Position numbers and translations under genes: made by a program. Below are positions 10,564 to 23,124 of a stretch of DNA of 64,000 nucleotides, in pieces; the stretch's first letter is position 1, and each line of letters begins with the position of its first letter. Under the pieces are notes generated by a model. That model made no database searches and was not told the origin of the DNA. It saw only the letters and a list, made by a program, of their open reading frames with translations. The stretch is taken from assembly GCA_020536535.1 (NCBI GenBank), contig JAHLWZ010000805.1, forward strand, positions 70,071-134,070, read 5' to 3'. This DNA is from Pelomyxa schiedti. Taxonomy: Eukaryota; Protista; Evosea.

Positions 10564-13500
10564 ATGTTGCTACTGGCTAGCTGTTGGTGTGCCTTCCTCA
10601 TTATGGGAGACCACGCCGTGTCCCACCGGCGTACCGCCACGTCTTTATCTCCCGCCTTCCTCAGTCTTTATCTCCTCGCCGCGCTCGTCCTCTCCGTTTC
10701 CTTCTCGTCTGCGGCGACCTGCTCCATCGGCGGGGCGCTTTCCGTGAACGCGACGGTCGGCGACCAATCGACGTCGGCCGCAGTCGCGTGCGGCGTGCCG
10801 ATCGGCGACTTCGCCGACGGGGTTTCGTCGGGAATCGCGGTCGGCGACGAAGACGACGGCTCCGTGCTTTTCAGCTGGTACGTCTCGCCCCACGAGTCCT
10901 CGGTCTCGGCCTACGGCGTCGTGGACTGTGACTTGGCCAGATCTCTTGCCCCGCCGTACAGTGCCACGTGGGTCACAAGCTCGCCGGAATCGCTGGTCGG
11001 GCTTACTATTATGGGACTGAATGCCAGCGGAATAGCGCCGGTCGACGGCTGCGATGACCCCGGAAATTTTACCGTTTCATTCGACTGCTCGGCTGACGTC
11101 CTGTTCCAGTTCAAGATAACATTCGCTTTCACGGAATTAGATGCAACTGCTACTACCGCTTCTGTTTCCACTTCTTCTTCGTTATCTGATGTAGTTTTTC
11201 CTGATGTATCAATCACTACTTTTGTGTTCAATTGGCAATGCACAGAGCCAGGCTGCACGACCTACTGTGCCGAACACGGCACTTGCCACTATGCAATGGG
11301 TGTGTGTGAATGCAACGAAGGGTGGCTTGGGGATTCATGTGGTGTGATGTTTGTAAGGGACCCTCCTGGATCAACTTATTGCCCGGACGATTCCATTCAA
11401 GTGACCTGGGATATTCCGTGAGTCTTCACCCTCCTTTTACTATTACATGATGACATAGAACTACTCCTTATTGCATTTTAGGGCTTCTATATATGGGCAA
11501 GATGGGGCTGTGAATGGAATGTGGTACGGCACAACTTACACAACATCCTATGTATACACGGAAGTGGTTTATTTTATAGGGTGGGGAAGCATAAAAGCTG
11601 ATGATAGTACACCGGGTTACGGTGAGGAATCCACAGGGACAAACTACATGATGGGCTACTATTCTCCTGGGACTGTGCGCCTAAAAATTGGAAGTGACAC
11701 AACAAGTACATTATATTGGACAGAACTCCTGGAAATACTTAGCTGGGAGGATTGTGGCTATAATTCGACATGTGGAGATGATACCAGCAACACCTGCGGT
11801 GAAGAAAGCGGTTGGGGACAGTGCAATAACGGTGTTTGTGAATGCAACAGTGGTCATTACTGGTATGACTGTTCGAGAGGTTGTGACGCAATGACGGTCT
11901 TGACGGGCAACAATGGCGTTTTTGAAAGTGATTCGAATTACAAGCCACAACGAATGCATTACATCACAGCTGTAGAGTGCTGGTGGGATATTCATCCAAC
12001 CGAGGATTATGATGACATCGAGTTTGGAATTCCTTTGTTTGATCTAGCATTTGATGACTACGTCAACTTCTATGCTGTTGATGAGTACGGAAATTATTCT
12101 GAACCTGAAGTTACAATGTATGGAGACAGTGACATCCAAACTGTAAAAATGACCTCAAAGCGAGTGTTTGTGCAGTTTGTTTCCAACATCCAAAACACTC
12201 GTGTTGGTTTCAGCCTAAACTACACCACTACTGTAGTCCCTCTCCCTGGGTGGGCGTATTTCTTGATGGCTATGGGAGGAGCAATTGTCATTGCTATAGT
12301 TGCTATTATTAGCGCTGTGAGAGTCAGCTATGTTATGAAACAAAGACAGATTCGAAGAGAACAAGCACTTAACATGCCACCAGAAATCCTTCCTTACGAT
12401 AAGGAAGCCGAGATAAAACTCAAGTATATTGCGCCAGATCCAAATCTTCTGGCCAGCCAGCTGGAAGAATTTGGTGTTCAGCTAGCGAAGTTGTCATTCA
12501 ATTTTAATTTGGCATCTTCTGACGCTTTCCCGGTAAACCAAGTTATGAATGAAGACATATGGATAGCAAACCTGGCTACACATAACCTCAAATTCTGTTT
12601 CTACATTCCTGAGACGTTAGCAGGAAAGTTCGCAATAAGGCCAGGGCAAGGTGTAATATCACCTGGTAAAGTTACCGAAATCAAGATCGAATTCACGCTC
12701 CTGTACACAACCCACTTCTCGCACTGTATAAACCTCGAGCTAAGCTTCAAGGATGAATCAATGACTGTTCCTTTCATTCTTGACTTGGAAGGCGCAGTCT
12801 CTGACAGACTGGATCCTGAAGAGTTTGAAAACTATCAAGTTATGGCTGAAGGAACATATAGGTATCTCAAAACTTATGTAATTGTACCTGATGGAAATAC
12901 ACAGTACTGTCTTCAAAGTTACGTACCGCTCCCAACCTCTTGCGGTGAAAGTGCTGAAACAGCAAGATGAAGAGGCTAAAAAGAGTTTTGAAAAGGAATG
13001 TATGCTGCTGCAACAAATAAGACATCGATATATAGTGTCTTTTGTTGGTGCTTCCTGGGTACCAGGTTAATATTCCTCTATTTTCCCAAAGTGACTTGAA
13101 TATAGGAAAATACAGTATTTGCACTGAACTTCTAGAGAAGGGCTCGATTAAGAAGTTCCTTCATGATGAAAAGAATGTTGTATCATATCCTCTTATCCTA
13201 AAATTTGCAAGCAATGTTGCCGAGGCCATGGCCTACCTTCACAGCAATAAAATTCTGTATAGTACGTCTCTACTGACAACATTTATCCACAATTCTAACG
13301 CGAACTCAGGAGACTTGAAATGCGCCAATATACTTCTTGTTTCAACAGCAATAAATGCTCCCGTTAACTGCAAACTGACAGGTAGACTAGTTTAAAATTT
13401 GAATTTTCCTAATTTGGCCAAGATTTTGGCACATCCCGAGCTGTCGACGATGCAGATACCCCTGCAAATCACACACATGGTTTGGGAACTCCCATTTTTA

Positions 13501-14230
13501 TGGTTGAACATCTCCTCTAAGCTTGGTGGGTACTAAATTAAAAAAAAAGGCACCAGAAATGTTGGCAGCTGATATGTACTCTTCTAAAGCTGATGTATTC
13601 AGTTATGGAGTGGTTCTTTGGGAAATGTTATGCAGGCAGACCCCATGGGCAGATGTGAGTGTGTTTGAGTTTCCTGACATGGTTAAGTCGGGAAGACGCC
13701 TTCCAATTCCATCAAATTGTCCACCTGGCTTATCAAAACTTATGACACAGTGCTGGGAACATGACCCGGCTCAGCGGCCAGACTTTGTAACCATAGCCAG
13801 TGACATCAGTGCTCTCTGCACTACAGAAATCAAGACCGAAGAAGACGAATACAGCCCCGCAGCATACAAAGATAAAGGTGGTCACCTGACAGCCCGCGGC
13901 TTGTCCATGCGAGCCAAAACTATGACAGCTCGCTCTACACCAAGAACAAGGCCTGGAACCATGACATCAAGCGGGACAAACAGAACCAACAGCTCACAAG
14001 GTTCACAGCTGGATTCAGCAGCCCGCAAGGCCGAAATGGAAAAGCAAGTGGAGGATGATGCATCCAAGTTTAAGCACATTGACCTTCAGAGACAGGGCAA
14101 GACACTGGCACTCTACAAGCCGTCAAGTGGAACAGCAACAAGTGTGGGGAGTGTATCAGGTGCTAGTAATGGAAGCACAACTCTATCTGACAAAAGCAAA
14201 ACTGAAAATTCTCTTTCCAGCAACAACTAA
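10564..14230 (+). CDS. Transmembrane receptor kinase 1: signal peptide, EGF-like x2, CUB, TM, TMK-type juxtamembrane domain, TKL kinase
   Basis: EGF-like CAEHGTCHYAMGVCECNEGWLGDSC; CUB-like HYITAVECWWDI...VFVQFVSN; TM WAYFLMAMGGAIVIAIVAIISAV. Kinase motifs LAVK, YRDLKCAN (split by the 48-nt intron 13262-13309), DFG, APE and DVFSYG are all present. Confidence 0.9.
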
Positions 14231-14577
14231 CACAACAGCAACTTTGTCAATCCCACCAGAAAACAAGACACCCACCAGAAAAAGTCAAAACAGAATTGTA
14301 CAGTTTATCCCTTGTCGATTTTTTTTGGATTTCTTTTGCAACATCAACTTCTCGGCTACCTGTTAAAGTGTGCATCAAGGTTCTTAAACGGAAATGAAAA
14401 GAATACCCCTTGCGCTACCGATTTTCCTTGCGGTGAACTCTTACTGTGAAACTCTTTTTTTCGTTTTCCGAACTTGACAAGTGAGCGGTACAAAGCTCGC
14501 GCCGCGAAACCCCTTCCTGCCCAACACCAACACCGACACCTACACAGGCATTGTGGGACGATAAAAACCCACCCATC

Positions 14578-17500
14578 ATGGCTCTCCGTAGCCACGGTAT
14601 CCTCGTCGTCATTGCGTTTTCATTCCTCGTCGCTTGCACATCTTCGCAGTGCTCGCCAACATCGTCAGTCCCCCTCCTCAACGTCATCGCCACCCTCAAT
14701 CCCGTAATTTCCTCCACGGCCGGCGAAGCCCTACCCGTCATTGTAGATGGCGGCAGCGCCGAGCCCGATTTCGACATTTCGCGCGTCGATCTGACGCCCG
14801 TCGCCGCGTCGGGTTTTCAGCGAAGCGTCACGATTTCGTGGTGGTTTTCAAACGACACATCTTCATGTAATAACTCTGGTTCTGATGCATCACCTAATGA
14901 TGTGGAATTTGCTGGCTCTTTTGGCTATTCATCTTCCTGGGTTCTATCTGCTTATTCTTCTCTGCCTCCTGTGGCAGGCCTGGAGGTCACAATGCCTGAC
15001 TCTGGGGTCATAATCAACACTACTACAGTGACTGTCACTGGTTTGCAGCAGACCGGAACTTCCTTCGCTTACTCCCAGGAAACTGCACTCTCTTTTGATG
15101 TGGGAGTGGAATGTGACGCGGATTTCATTGCTGCCGTGGAAATCCATCTCGCATACGCGGCCAGTTACACAGGGGAAACTTCGGCCGCGAGTCCACCTCC
15201 TTCAATTGCATCATTCGCAGTAAGATGGCAGTGTGCTGCACGTGGGTGCCTTGCTTGGTGTGGAGATTGGGTTGAGGATTGCTACGATTACTGTGGCGAT
15301 CACGGGACTTGCAACCACGATGCTGGCACGTGCATATGCGACTCTGGCTGGGTGGGACCTTTTTGTGGTTTAGTTCTTGAGACGCCGGAGACCCTCTGCC
15401 CAAACGAACTCTTATTCCTCACCTATAACATACCGTATGTACCCAAACTCCCAAAATAAGATATCAGTGTGTGTTCCTAACCTCGGGCCTCTGCAGTCCT
15501 ACCATTGTTGGATACCCGAAAGCACTTGAACTGCTGTGGACGGGGCTCAAAGTCCCATCTGATCTGTTCTACACAGAATGGCATTACTTTGTCACTGGGA
15601 GTACAGCAACACCTGATCCTTCTGATCCCCTTATTGAAACCGGATTGGTAGGAAGCGGCTATGTTCTAACCCCATTGCGGCCAGCTATATATAGGCTCAT
15701 TGTAGCTTCAGATGCTGATACCTCACGAGATTACTACATTAAATATTTTGTGGTCAAGACGTGGGAAGAGTGTGGTTTCGCGTTGTGCTCTGACAGTGGG
15801 AACAACACTTGCAATAGTGGACAAGGCTGGGGTACCTGTAAAAGTGGCACTTGTGCCTGTGCGCAAGGAAGGTTTTGGAATGATTGTTCTCGCGGCTGCT
15901 CAAAATACAGCACTGTTACTAGTAAATCCGCGCAAATCCAGAGTGATTTTCCACCCAGTGGACTGATTGAGGATATGCTATATGCAAACTCTGCCAACTG
16001 TAATTGGGTTATCGCTCCAGGGGACAACACTGATGTCATTGTATTAAACTTCACCTACGTCTGGATAGATCCTGCTGATACACTTTCAGTTTATCTAGTT
16101 GGACCAGATGGGGATACTGGGGATTTAATAACAACAGTATCAACGCCACTGTTATTGACAGTTTTAAAAAGTTCGGTAATCATTCAATTACGCTCCGATT
16201 ACGAAGCTGCCAGCCATGGTTTTGTGCTTACTTACACTTCCAAAGTCAACCCTTTATTGGATCCCAAAGATTCTGCCATTGTCATCGCTGTTTCAGCTGC
16301 AGTTGGAACTATTATCATCCTGAGCATTTCCATTTCTTTAAGTTGCTATATAATTAAGCAAAGGAAGAAAAAACTGAGAGAGCAACAGAATGCCCCAGCA
16401 GAAAGTCTACCAGCAGAAGAAATAAGCCAATCTATCCGACGCACTCTCGCCGAGGTTAACAAAGACTTGAAAAAGGTTCACATGGAGGTTGACAGGGTTA
16501 CATTCAACTTTGGTGTGACTGAGGGAAGTACATGCGAGGTCCTGCAGAATTTAAAAGACGAGATCATTCTTAGAAACAATGGTGGACAGCCTGTGCTTTA
16601 CTGTTTCTATGTTCCCCGTATTGAGCACAAGTTGGAATTCAACATGTGCCCTGGGAAAGGTCGAATTGATCCCCATCGTGAAATGAAGATAGAGGCAGTT
16701 GTCAAGCTTCTCCTCACAACACGCATTGAAAGTAACATGAAGCTTGAAATAACAAGAGGTGGTGATGGAATTTCTACCCTGTTGCCTTTTAGAATTGAGG
16801 GAATGCTGTCATCAAGGCTTGACCCTGATGAGATCATGCTCAATCACACACCATTGGCTGCTGGTGCTTTTGGGTACCTTAACACCCATTCTACTGTGTG
16901 TCTGATTACATTTCACCAGGTCGGTATTCCAGGGAGTATATAGATCTCAGTTAGTGGCCGCTAAGGTATTAAAGCACCAAGAAGCCTTTTTTGAAAATGG
17001 TAGTTCCCTTTACCTGACCTACTGATCAACAAATTCCAAAGAATTTGCTGAATTTGACGCCGAATGCACCTTGCTCAAACAGTTAAGACACCCAAACGTT
17101 GTAGGTTTTGTTGGAGCTTCTTATGTAACTGGTAGGATATTGACAATTGGTTTTTTCCCCTAATACTCCAATAGGCAAATTATGTATCTGTACTGAGTTC
17201 ATGGACATGGGAAGTCTCGAAAAATACCTTCAAAGTGACCAAGACATCCTTTACGCTTTGATTCTGAAGTTTGCCTTAAATACCGCTGAGGCTATGGCGT
17301 ACATACACAGCAATAAAATTCTTTACAGTTTGCTTTGTCGCCATTATCACCTTATCTCACTTTACCAAAGGGGATTTAAAGTGTTCCAATATTTTGTTGG
17401 TTTCTGATGATCTAGAAGCAAGTGTGAATTGCAAGCTCTCAGGTACATTCCAACCCCAATACGGTGGCCTCTCCCTTACAGCTTCTCCCAGACTTCGGAA

Positions 17501-18884
17501 CCTCCAGAAGTGTTGAAGATCCAGGTATTTTCCCTTCACTCTTCTTCTGCTTATGTTCTTCTTACCTTTTGCAGATGAAATAATACGAAGAACATCTGGT
17601 AAGGGCACAGCAATTTATATGGTAATGGAACGCGAAGGTAAATTCACAGTCTAATAACCTCCAACAGGCACCAGAGCTTCTAGGACACCTTCCCTATAAC
17701 TCCAAGGTTCTCTTCCACATTTTATTTGCCCACCCAAATCCACTCCATTAAATAAATAATAAATAATAAATACCTCAATCACAAATCAAAGAACATTGCA
17801 CTCCCACAATTCTCACCCACCACCCAAGGTTGATGTATTTAGCTTTGGAGTCTGCCTCTGGGAAATGTGGTACCGCACCGAGCCGTGGGAAGAGCTGATG
17901 TGCTGGGATGTGCCCAAGACGGTGATGGCCGGCAACAGGCCCCCGGTGGACGAGGACATACCCCCAGAGTACAGCGCCCTGATGACCCAGTGCTGGGAGC
18001 AGAGCGCCGAGTCACGGCCCGACTTCAAGGCCGTCGCGGCGACGCTGGCGAGCCTGTACCAGGCCGAGAAGGCACAGATGGACGAGCTACGCATGCAGCA
18101 GCAGAAGGAAGACAGGAAGAACAGGAAGAAGAACAAGAAGAAGCACCACAAACACGGCAAGGACAAGGACAAAAAGAAGGGGAAGGAGGAGAAACACAAG
18201 AAGGGCAAGGCGAAAAAAGGCTCTGATTCGGATGATGATGATGATGATGAAGCAGAGGCACACACGGGGCCCACTGCAAGCTCAAGCAAGGCTGACTTGA
18301 AAAATGCAGGGGAAGGTACTCCAGTGAGTGATGGTGAGGAAAACAGCAGTAGAAGAAGGAAGACAAGGAAAGGAAAGGATAAGAGCGATGCTGAAAGTGG
18401 GGCCGGGTCCGCAGAGGAGAAGGCAAGAGGAGGCAGTGAGAGTGGCAAAAGTAGGAACAGCTCAGGAAACAGCAAGCACCACCATCGCAGAAAGAAGGCC
18501 AGGACAAGAAGTGACTTGAGAATTGTCAGGGTGCCAAGTAAAGTAGACTTGGCTGGGCACAAGAAAAGTGCCAGCAAACTTGACCTCAATCTAGACACTT
18601 CTAGCTTCTTGAGGACTGCAAGTAGAACTGGCAATGAAGGAGAAGGAGGCATTCACAAGAGCTCAAGTAAATTGGAAATTGCAGATCTGATCCAAAAGAC
18701 TCCTGAGATAGTGTCCTCTTTCATTGGGTTGAAGAAGAGCTCAAGCAAGCCAGACCTATCATCCACACCTGTTTTGGAGGACAATACAACCGGTGCATCT
18801 GCAAAGAAGGGAAATCGAAGGTTTCAGCACAGAGCCGCACTATCAAACACAGTGGAAATGAGCACGCTCAAACACTACGAGTAA
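14578..18884 (+). CDS. Transmembrane receptor kinase 2 (tandem paralog of kinase 1) with a Lys/Ser-rich C-terminal tail
   Basis: ATG at 14578 (MALRSHGILVV signal peptide). It has the same EGF-EGF-CUB-TM order and the kinase motifs AGAFG, VAAK, YRDLKCSN, DFG, APE and DVFSFG, with several intron positions shared with kinase 1. Confidence 0.9.
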
Positions 18885-19002
18885 TCTCGATCGAGTTCTA
18901 TTGTCAATGTTGTAAATTTTTTTTTCAAAAAACCTGTTAAACTTTTATCTGAGACAGAAACTGTACTTTTTTTTGTGCTTTGTAGTTGGGTGCAAATAAA
19001 GG

Positions 19003-20925
19003 CTAATGTTTGGAGGGTGTGCCTCCAAGTCGAAGGTTCTTGGTGAATTTTCCAAGTCCCCCAACAAAACCAGCCCCATAAGGCCTCTTCCCTGTTATTT
19101 CATTTGTCTTCCAGTGTTAGTGGTTACTAAAGGAATATGTCTGTTATACCTGTGCGTTAATGCTGACTTGATAGAGTGTGTTATTGTATTTGTAAGTACA
19201 AATGTAAACTGGAAAATAAACAAGAACAGCTCTGACGTCATCAAAGGAAGTTACCCAGTCGAACTGGAGGAAGCACTTCAACACCACAGAAATATACATT
19301 AAGGGAAAATACCTCTTTGGATGAGTCATCTATCAAACGTTTGCACTGATCTATTAGAACAGCTTTTGTAAATGGCTGGCATTTCTGCTGCCACGCCTCA
19401 TCACAGGTCACACCCACTTCAGCTAATTGCATAGGCGGGTCCCCCTAAGGTGTTGAGTAGGGTTACATGGAAGAGGATGGAAAACCCGGGTGAAGTAGTA
19501 GTTTTTTGGGTCTGTTGTTCCTAGGCTACAAATTAATAATGCATCCCCTTCAGCTTTATCAGAGCTTGGAAAGGTAGATGGGGAGCTTTGTTGATGGTCA
19601 GAAGGAATGACCTTCCAGCGAGTTGTTGTATGTGCACTTGCGTGAGTATTTGTGGCTGGATTTTCGTATGATTTGGTTCCTAGAACCCATTCTAGTACAC
19701 AATTGTGCAATGGCTGTGAAAATGGTAAAAAAAATTGAAAGAGGATAGCTACTACATGGGCAACATGTTCTAAAGAAAAGTTCCAGTTTCGGAAATGTTT
19801 GTCAAAGTGTGCCCTGATATCTGGAAGGGCATGTGCACAAGAGTATATATTATAACACTAATAGGATTAAGTTACATCCTAGAAAAAGAGTCATACAACA
19901 ACGGAGAGAGACGAGTGTTGTGGAGTCATGTTCTCAGATGAACCAATCATGTAGCTGAATTTAACAAATGCATTGCAGCTGGAGATGTTGAGGTTTGGAT
20001 AACCTTACTATCTAAGAACCTAAATACCCAATACGGGACAAGAACTGCAGACTAGGCGAGTTAGGACCGAAATATGAGAGGCTAAAGGTACCTGTTCCTC
20101 TATGGATACTTTTTGTGTCAGACTGTATTGAAAATAAGAATTATAAAAGGAAATGTGCACTTGAGGTTTACTCAGAAGGAGTCATCCATAGAGTTTTCAG
20201 CCAGTTAAAGATAATATTTGCTGGAGGAGTTGGCCGAGAGCAGGGAGGCAAGAACTGAATTGGTAAGTGCTTGTTGTTGCTGTGAATTCACTCACGAGAA
20301 CAGGGGTCTTTTGAAGGGGAATATGAGAGCAGAATGAGTTTGTATCTGTAGTGTCACTTTCCCACCACTGAGCCCCAGAGGATACAGGCCCTCGGCCTCG
20401 TAATACTGGTGGAGGATACAAACGTAACTAGAGCCTTGAATTAGATGTGGAAAGGATTCGAGGTTTACCGGGTCCAGAATAACAGGTAATGGAGGATATG
20501 GAACAGGAATTTTCGAAAACGGGGTGGGTAAATCTTTTGCAGATTCATAATACGGCCCATTTATCTTACAACCACGCTCTTTTTTTTGTATGTTGTTAGG
20601 TGTCAGATAAAAACGAGTATTCGAGTCTAAACACGGTGGGGACAAACGCATTTCTTCCAAAGTGGGTCTTTTCCTGAAGGGAACAACAGACCAGCACACA
20701 CTGCACGTAATACCAGTTGCATTAAAGTTTTCTGTAGCAAGTGTCAAAAAACTAGCCTTCCTTCGCTTTGGGAGAGGCAGGCAGACCAAAAGATGTCAAA
20801 CAGTCCATGCAAAAAGTGTGCCCGCATCCGGGCAACACCCTGGGATTTTTAAACGGGCACTCGCACAGGTTGCATATTCCATCCACCGTTCGTAATCCCT
20901 CCACCGTCTTTCCAGTGCTATGCAT
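19003..20925 (-). CDS. RING-finger (C3HC4) protein fused to a bacterial-type uncharacterised C-terminal domain
   Basis: RING: CNLC...CGHTFCMDC...CSVC across one intron. Downstream exons give FNWLKTLWMTP, AVLVPYWVF, FDDV and VYFPVYICTYKYNNTLYQVSINAQTNEITGKRPY. Internal exon boundaries are partly uncertain. Confidence 0.7.
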
Positions 20926-21056
20926 CCCCTGTCGTTTCCACGCACCCCACCACAAACCAGTTTTTTTGTGAAATTATGAGCAAAAATGAAAACCTCGAAG
21001 TGCCCCGTGACAAGGCAGGGGTTTTACTTTTTTTTTCTTTTTTTTTTTGATGCGTG

Positions 21057-22960
21057 TCAACTTATGGTTTCAAGTTCTATGGACTCCTTGGTTTGCTCTT
21101 CTTCTGCTTGTTTGCTTTTTTCTGTTATGTTGACATAGTCCTCCAATCCTTGCTTGGCCAATTTTGATGCTTTTTCTGCAATGGCATCCCACTTGATGAG
21201 GAAAAGCCTTGTCAAGAAGGACAGCCACTGGCAAAAAACGCCAGCGGCCAGGCCAACGAACACACTGTCTATTCCAAATTCCACAACAAATGCCAGAACG
21301 CAGGCCAATGGAATTCCAATAACATAGAAGCATATAACGTTGCATGCGGCACCGTAGAGCTGAAGTCCGCAACCCCGCAAAGTGCCTCCAATAAACACTT
21401 GCATACCGTCGAAAAGTTCCAGCAATATCATAAACGGAAAGGATGCGATAATAGCTTTCTCAACGAGGTCCTCTCGAATATTTGAGCTACTGATAGAGCT
21501 TTGGCTCCCAGTGATGTTGTCTCCCATTGTGAAAAGTGCAGCAAGTTGATAGCGAAGGAAAAATGCCGTTGCTAATTCAATAGCAGTGCACGAGTATGAC
21601 AGGACTTGTATTCAAGGAGTAAGAAAAGAGTAAAGATATATTAAGTCATACCCAGAAGGAAACGAGAGACGAATTTTGCCAGAATCGGCTTTTGTGCGCC
21701 GAGATTGTTTCCAACACATATGCCACTTACAACACCCACACTCATTGGTACGGTCCACATAAGAGTCAAAATGTTGTATAAAACTGTATAAACAGAGAGT
21801 TCCACAACCCCAAGCAAACCAGCGATAACAGCAAGTATCTACCAATGATGAGGAAGGGAGTGAAATATTTGATAACTGAGATACTTCGTATCCCCACCAA
21901 CTCGCACATATCATGAGGTATCCAGGAATGGCCAATCTCATAACTTCTTTCCATTCTGAAAAAAAAAGTTCCCTCAATGTGTTTCTTTCAAGTGCAATCA
22001 CATCGACCCGGGCTCTTGTCAACAGAGTAAAAATAAGAAGGAAGATCAGGTTGATTCCATATGATACAGATAACGCCATAGGGATTCCAACAAAGCCCAA
22101 ATCCAACACCCGTGGTGATGTGAATAGCCAATCCATAAGCACTGTGCTGCCAAGAGCGATGAAGGTTGCACACATTGGAACAACAGCGTGACCTGTAGCA
22201 AACAGCACTCTACGCAGTGCTTCACTCCAAAACATTGGTAAACCACCAGCAAGGAATATCCTCGTGAAAGTGGTACAGTGTTCACAAACGGCCGGGTCAA
22301 TTCCACAAAGGGCAAGGATTTTGCCTGAGAATATCCACAAGGGAGATATGAGAGCCATGTAGAGAGACATCAATACAATCCCCTTTAGCATAATCAGGAA
22401 TACCTGAATGGCAATGAAGTCGTGAGCTGACCCCTCTCTAGCTTGCTGCAAGCTAGAGATTCAGCAATACATTTTTGAACACTGTTATTGTAGTATGTAT
22501 TGAACATGAAAAAATGCTAATGCTCCAACCAACCCGTTTCGAATTTTTTGCGCCGTGAGCTTGAGAACAAAGAGTGTCCATTGCAGTTGCAATTCCAAAA
22601 GCACCAGCCACACCAGTCACATTGACAACCATTTGGCCAAGCCCAATTCCCCCAAAGCAGTATCCCCCAATGTCCCAACAAAAATCTGACTCACATTAAG
22701 TTCTAGAGGTCCAAAAAAAAAAAAAAAAAAAAAAAGCCGGCACCACACACCATATTTACAGTCGATACACCGAACGTAACGAGATTAGTAATCACGATCG
22801 GCACCCACAATCTAAACGCGCGCAACACTTCCCCCTTGGCACCAGCCGGAAGAGCCGGCATCTGCACCAAACGCCACACACGTTCTGTTTTGTACAGAGA
22901 TACGAGTTCTTCTGTTTTCTGAGAGACTGTCTGTTCCAATCTCCAAGTGCCCTGGTCCAT
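21057..22960 (-). CDS. MATE family multidrug/toxin extrusion transporter
   Basis: Exons give EVLRAFRLWVPIVITNL, GIATAMDTLCSQAHGAK, MRLAIPGYLMICASWWGYE and LFDGMQVFIGGTLRGCGLQ...CFYVIGIPLA, the canonical eukaryotic MATE motifs. Confidence 0.9.
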
Positions 22961-23124
22961 CCAGTCGCAGTTGTGGATGGGAGCACCACAACATCACATG
23001 GGGGAATCATTGCTAAGGAGGAGTTGATCTTTGGTCAAGGTCCCAGTCCGAAACTCAGTGATCTTGTTGGCTCTGCGATTGTGCATTTTCGAAAAAAACA
23101 AACCAAAAAAACAAAGCCGAAGCA

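Noticed and set aside
15461-15466. Possible 6-nt microexon (ATATCA) between two tiny introns in kinase 2
   Set aside because: A single 62-nt intron (15435-15496) also keeps the frame and matches the single 64-nt intron at the same position in kinase 1; this cannot be decided without reads.
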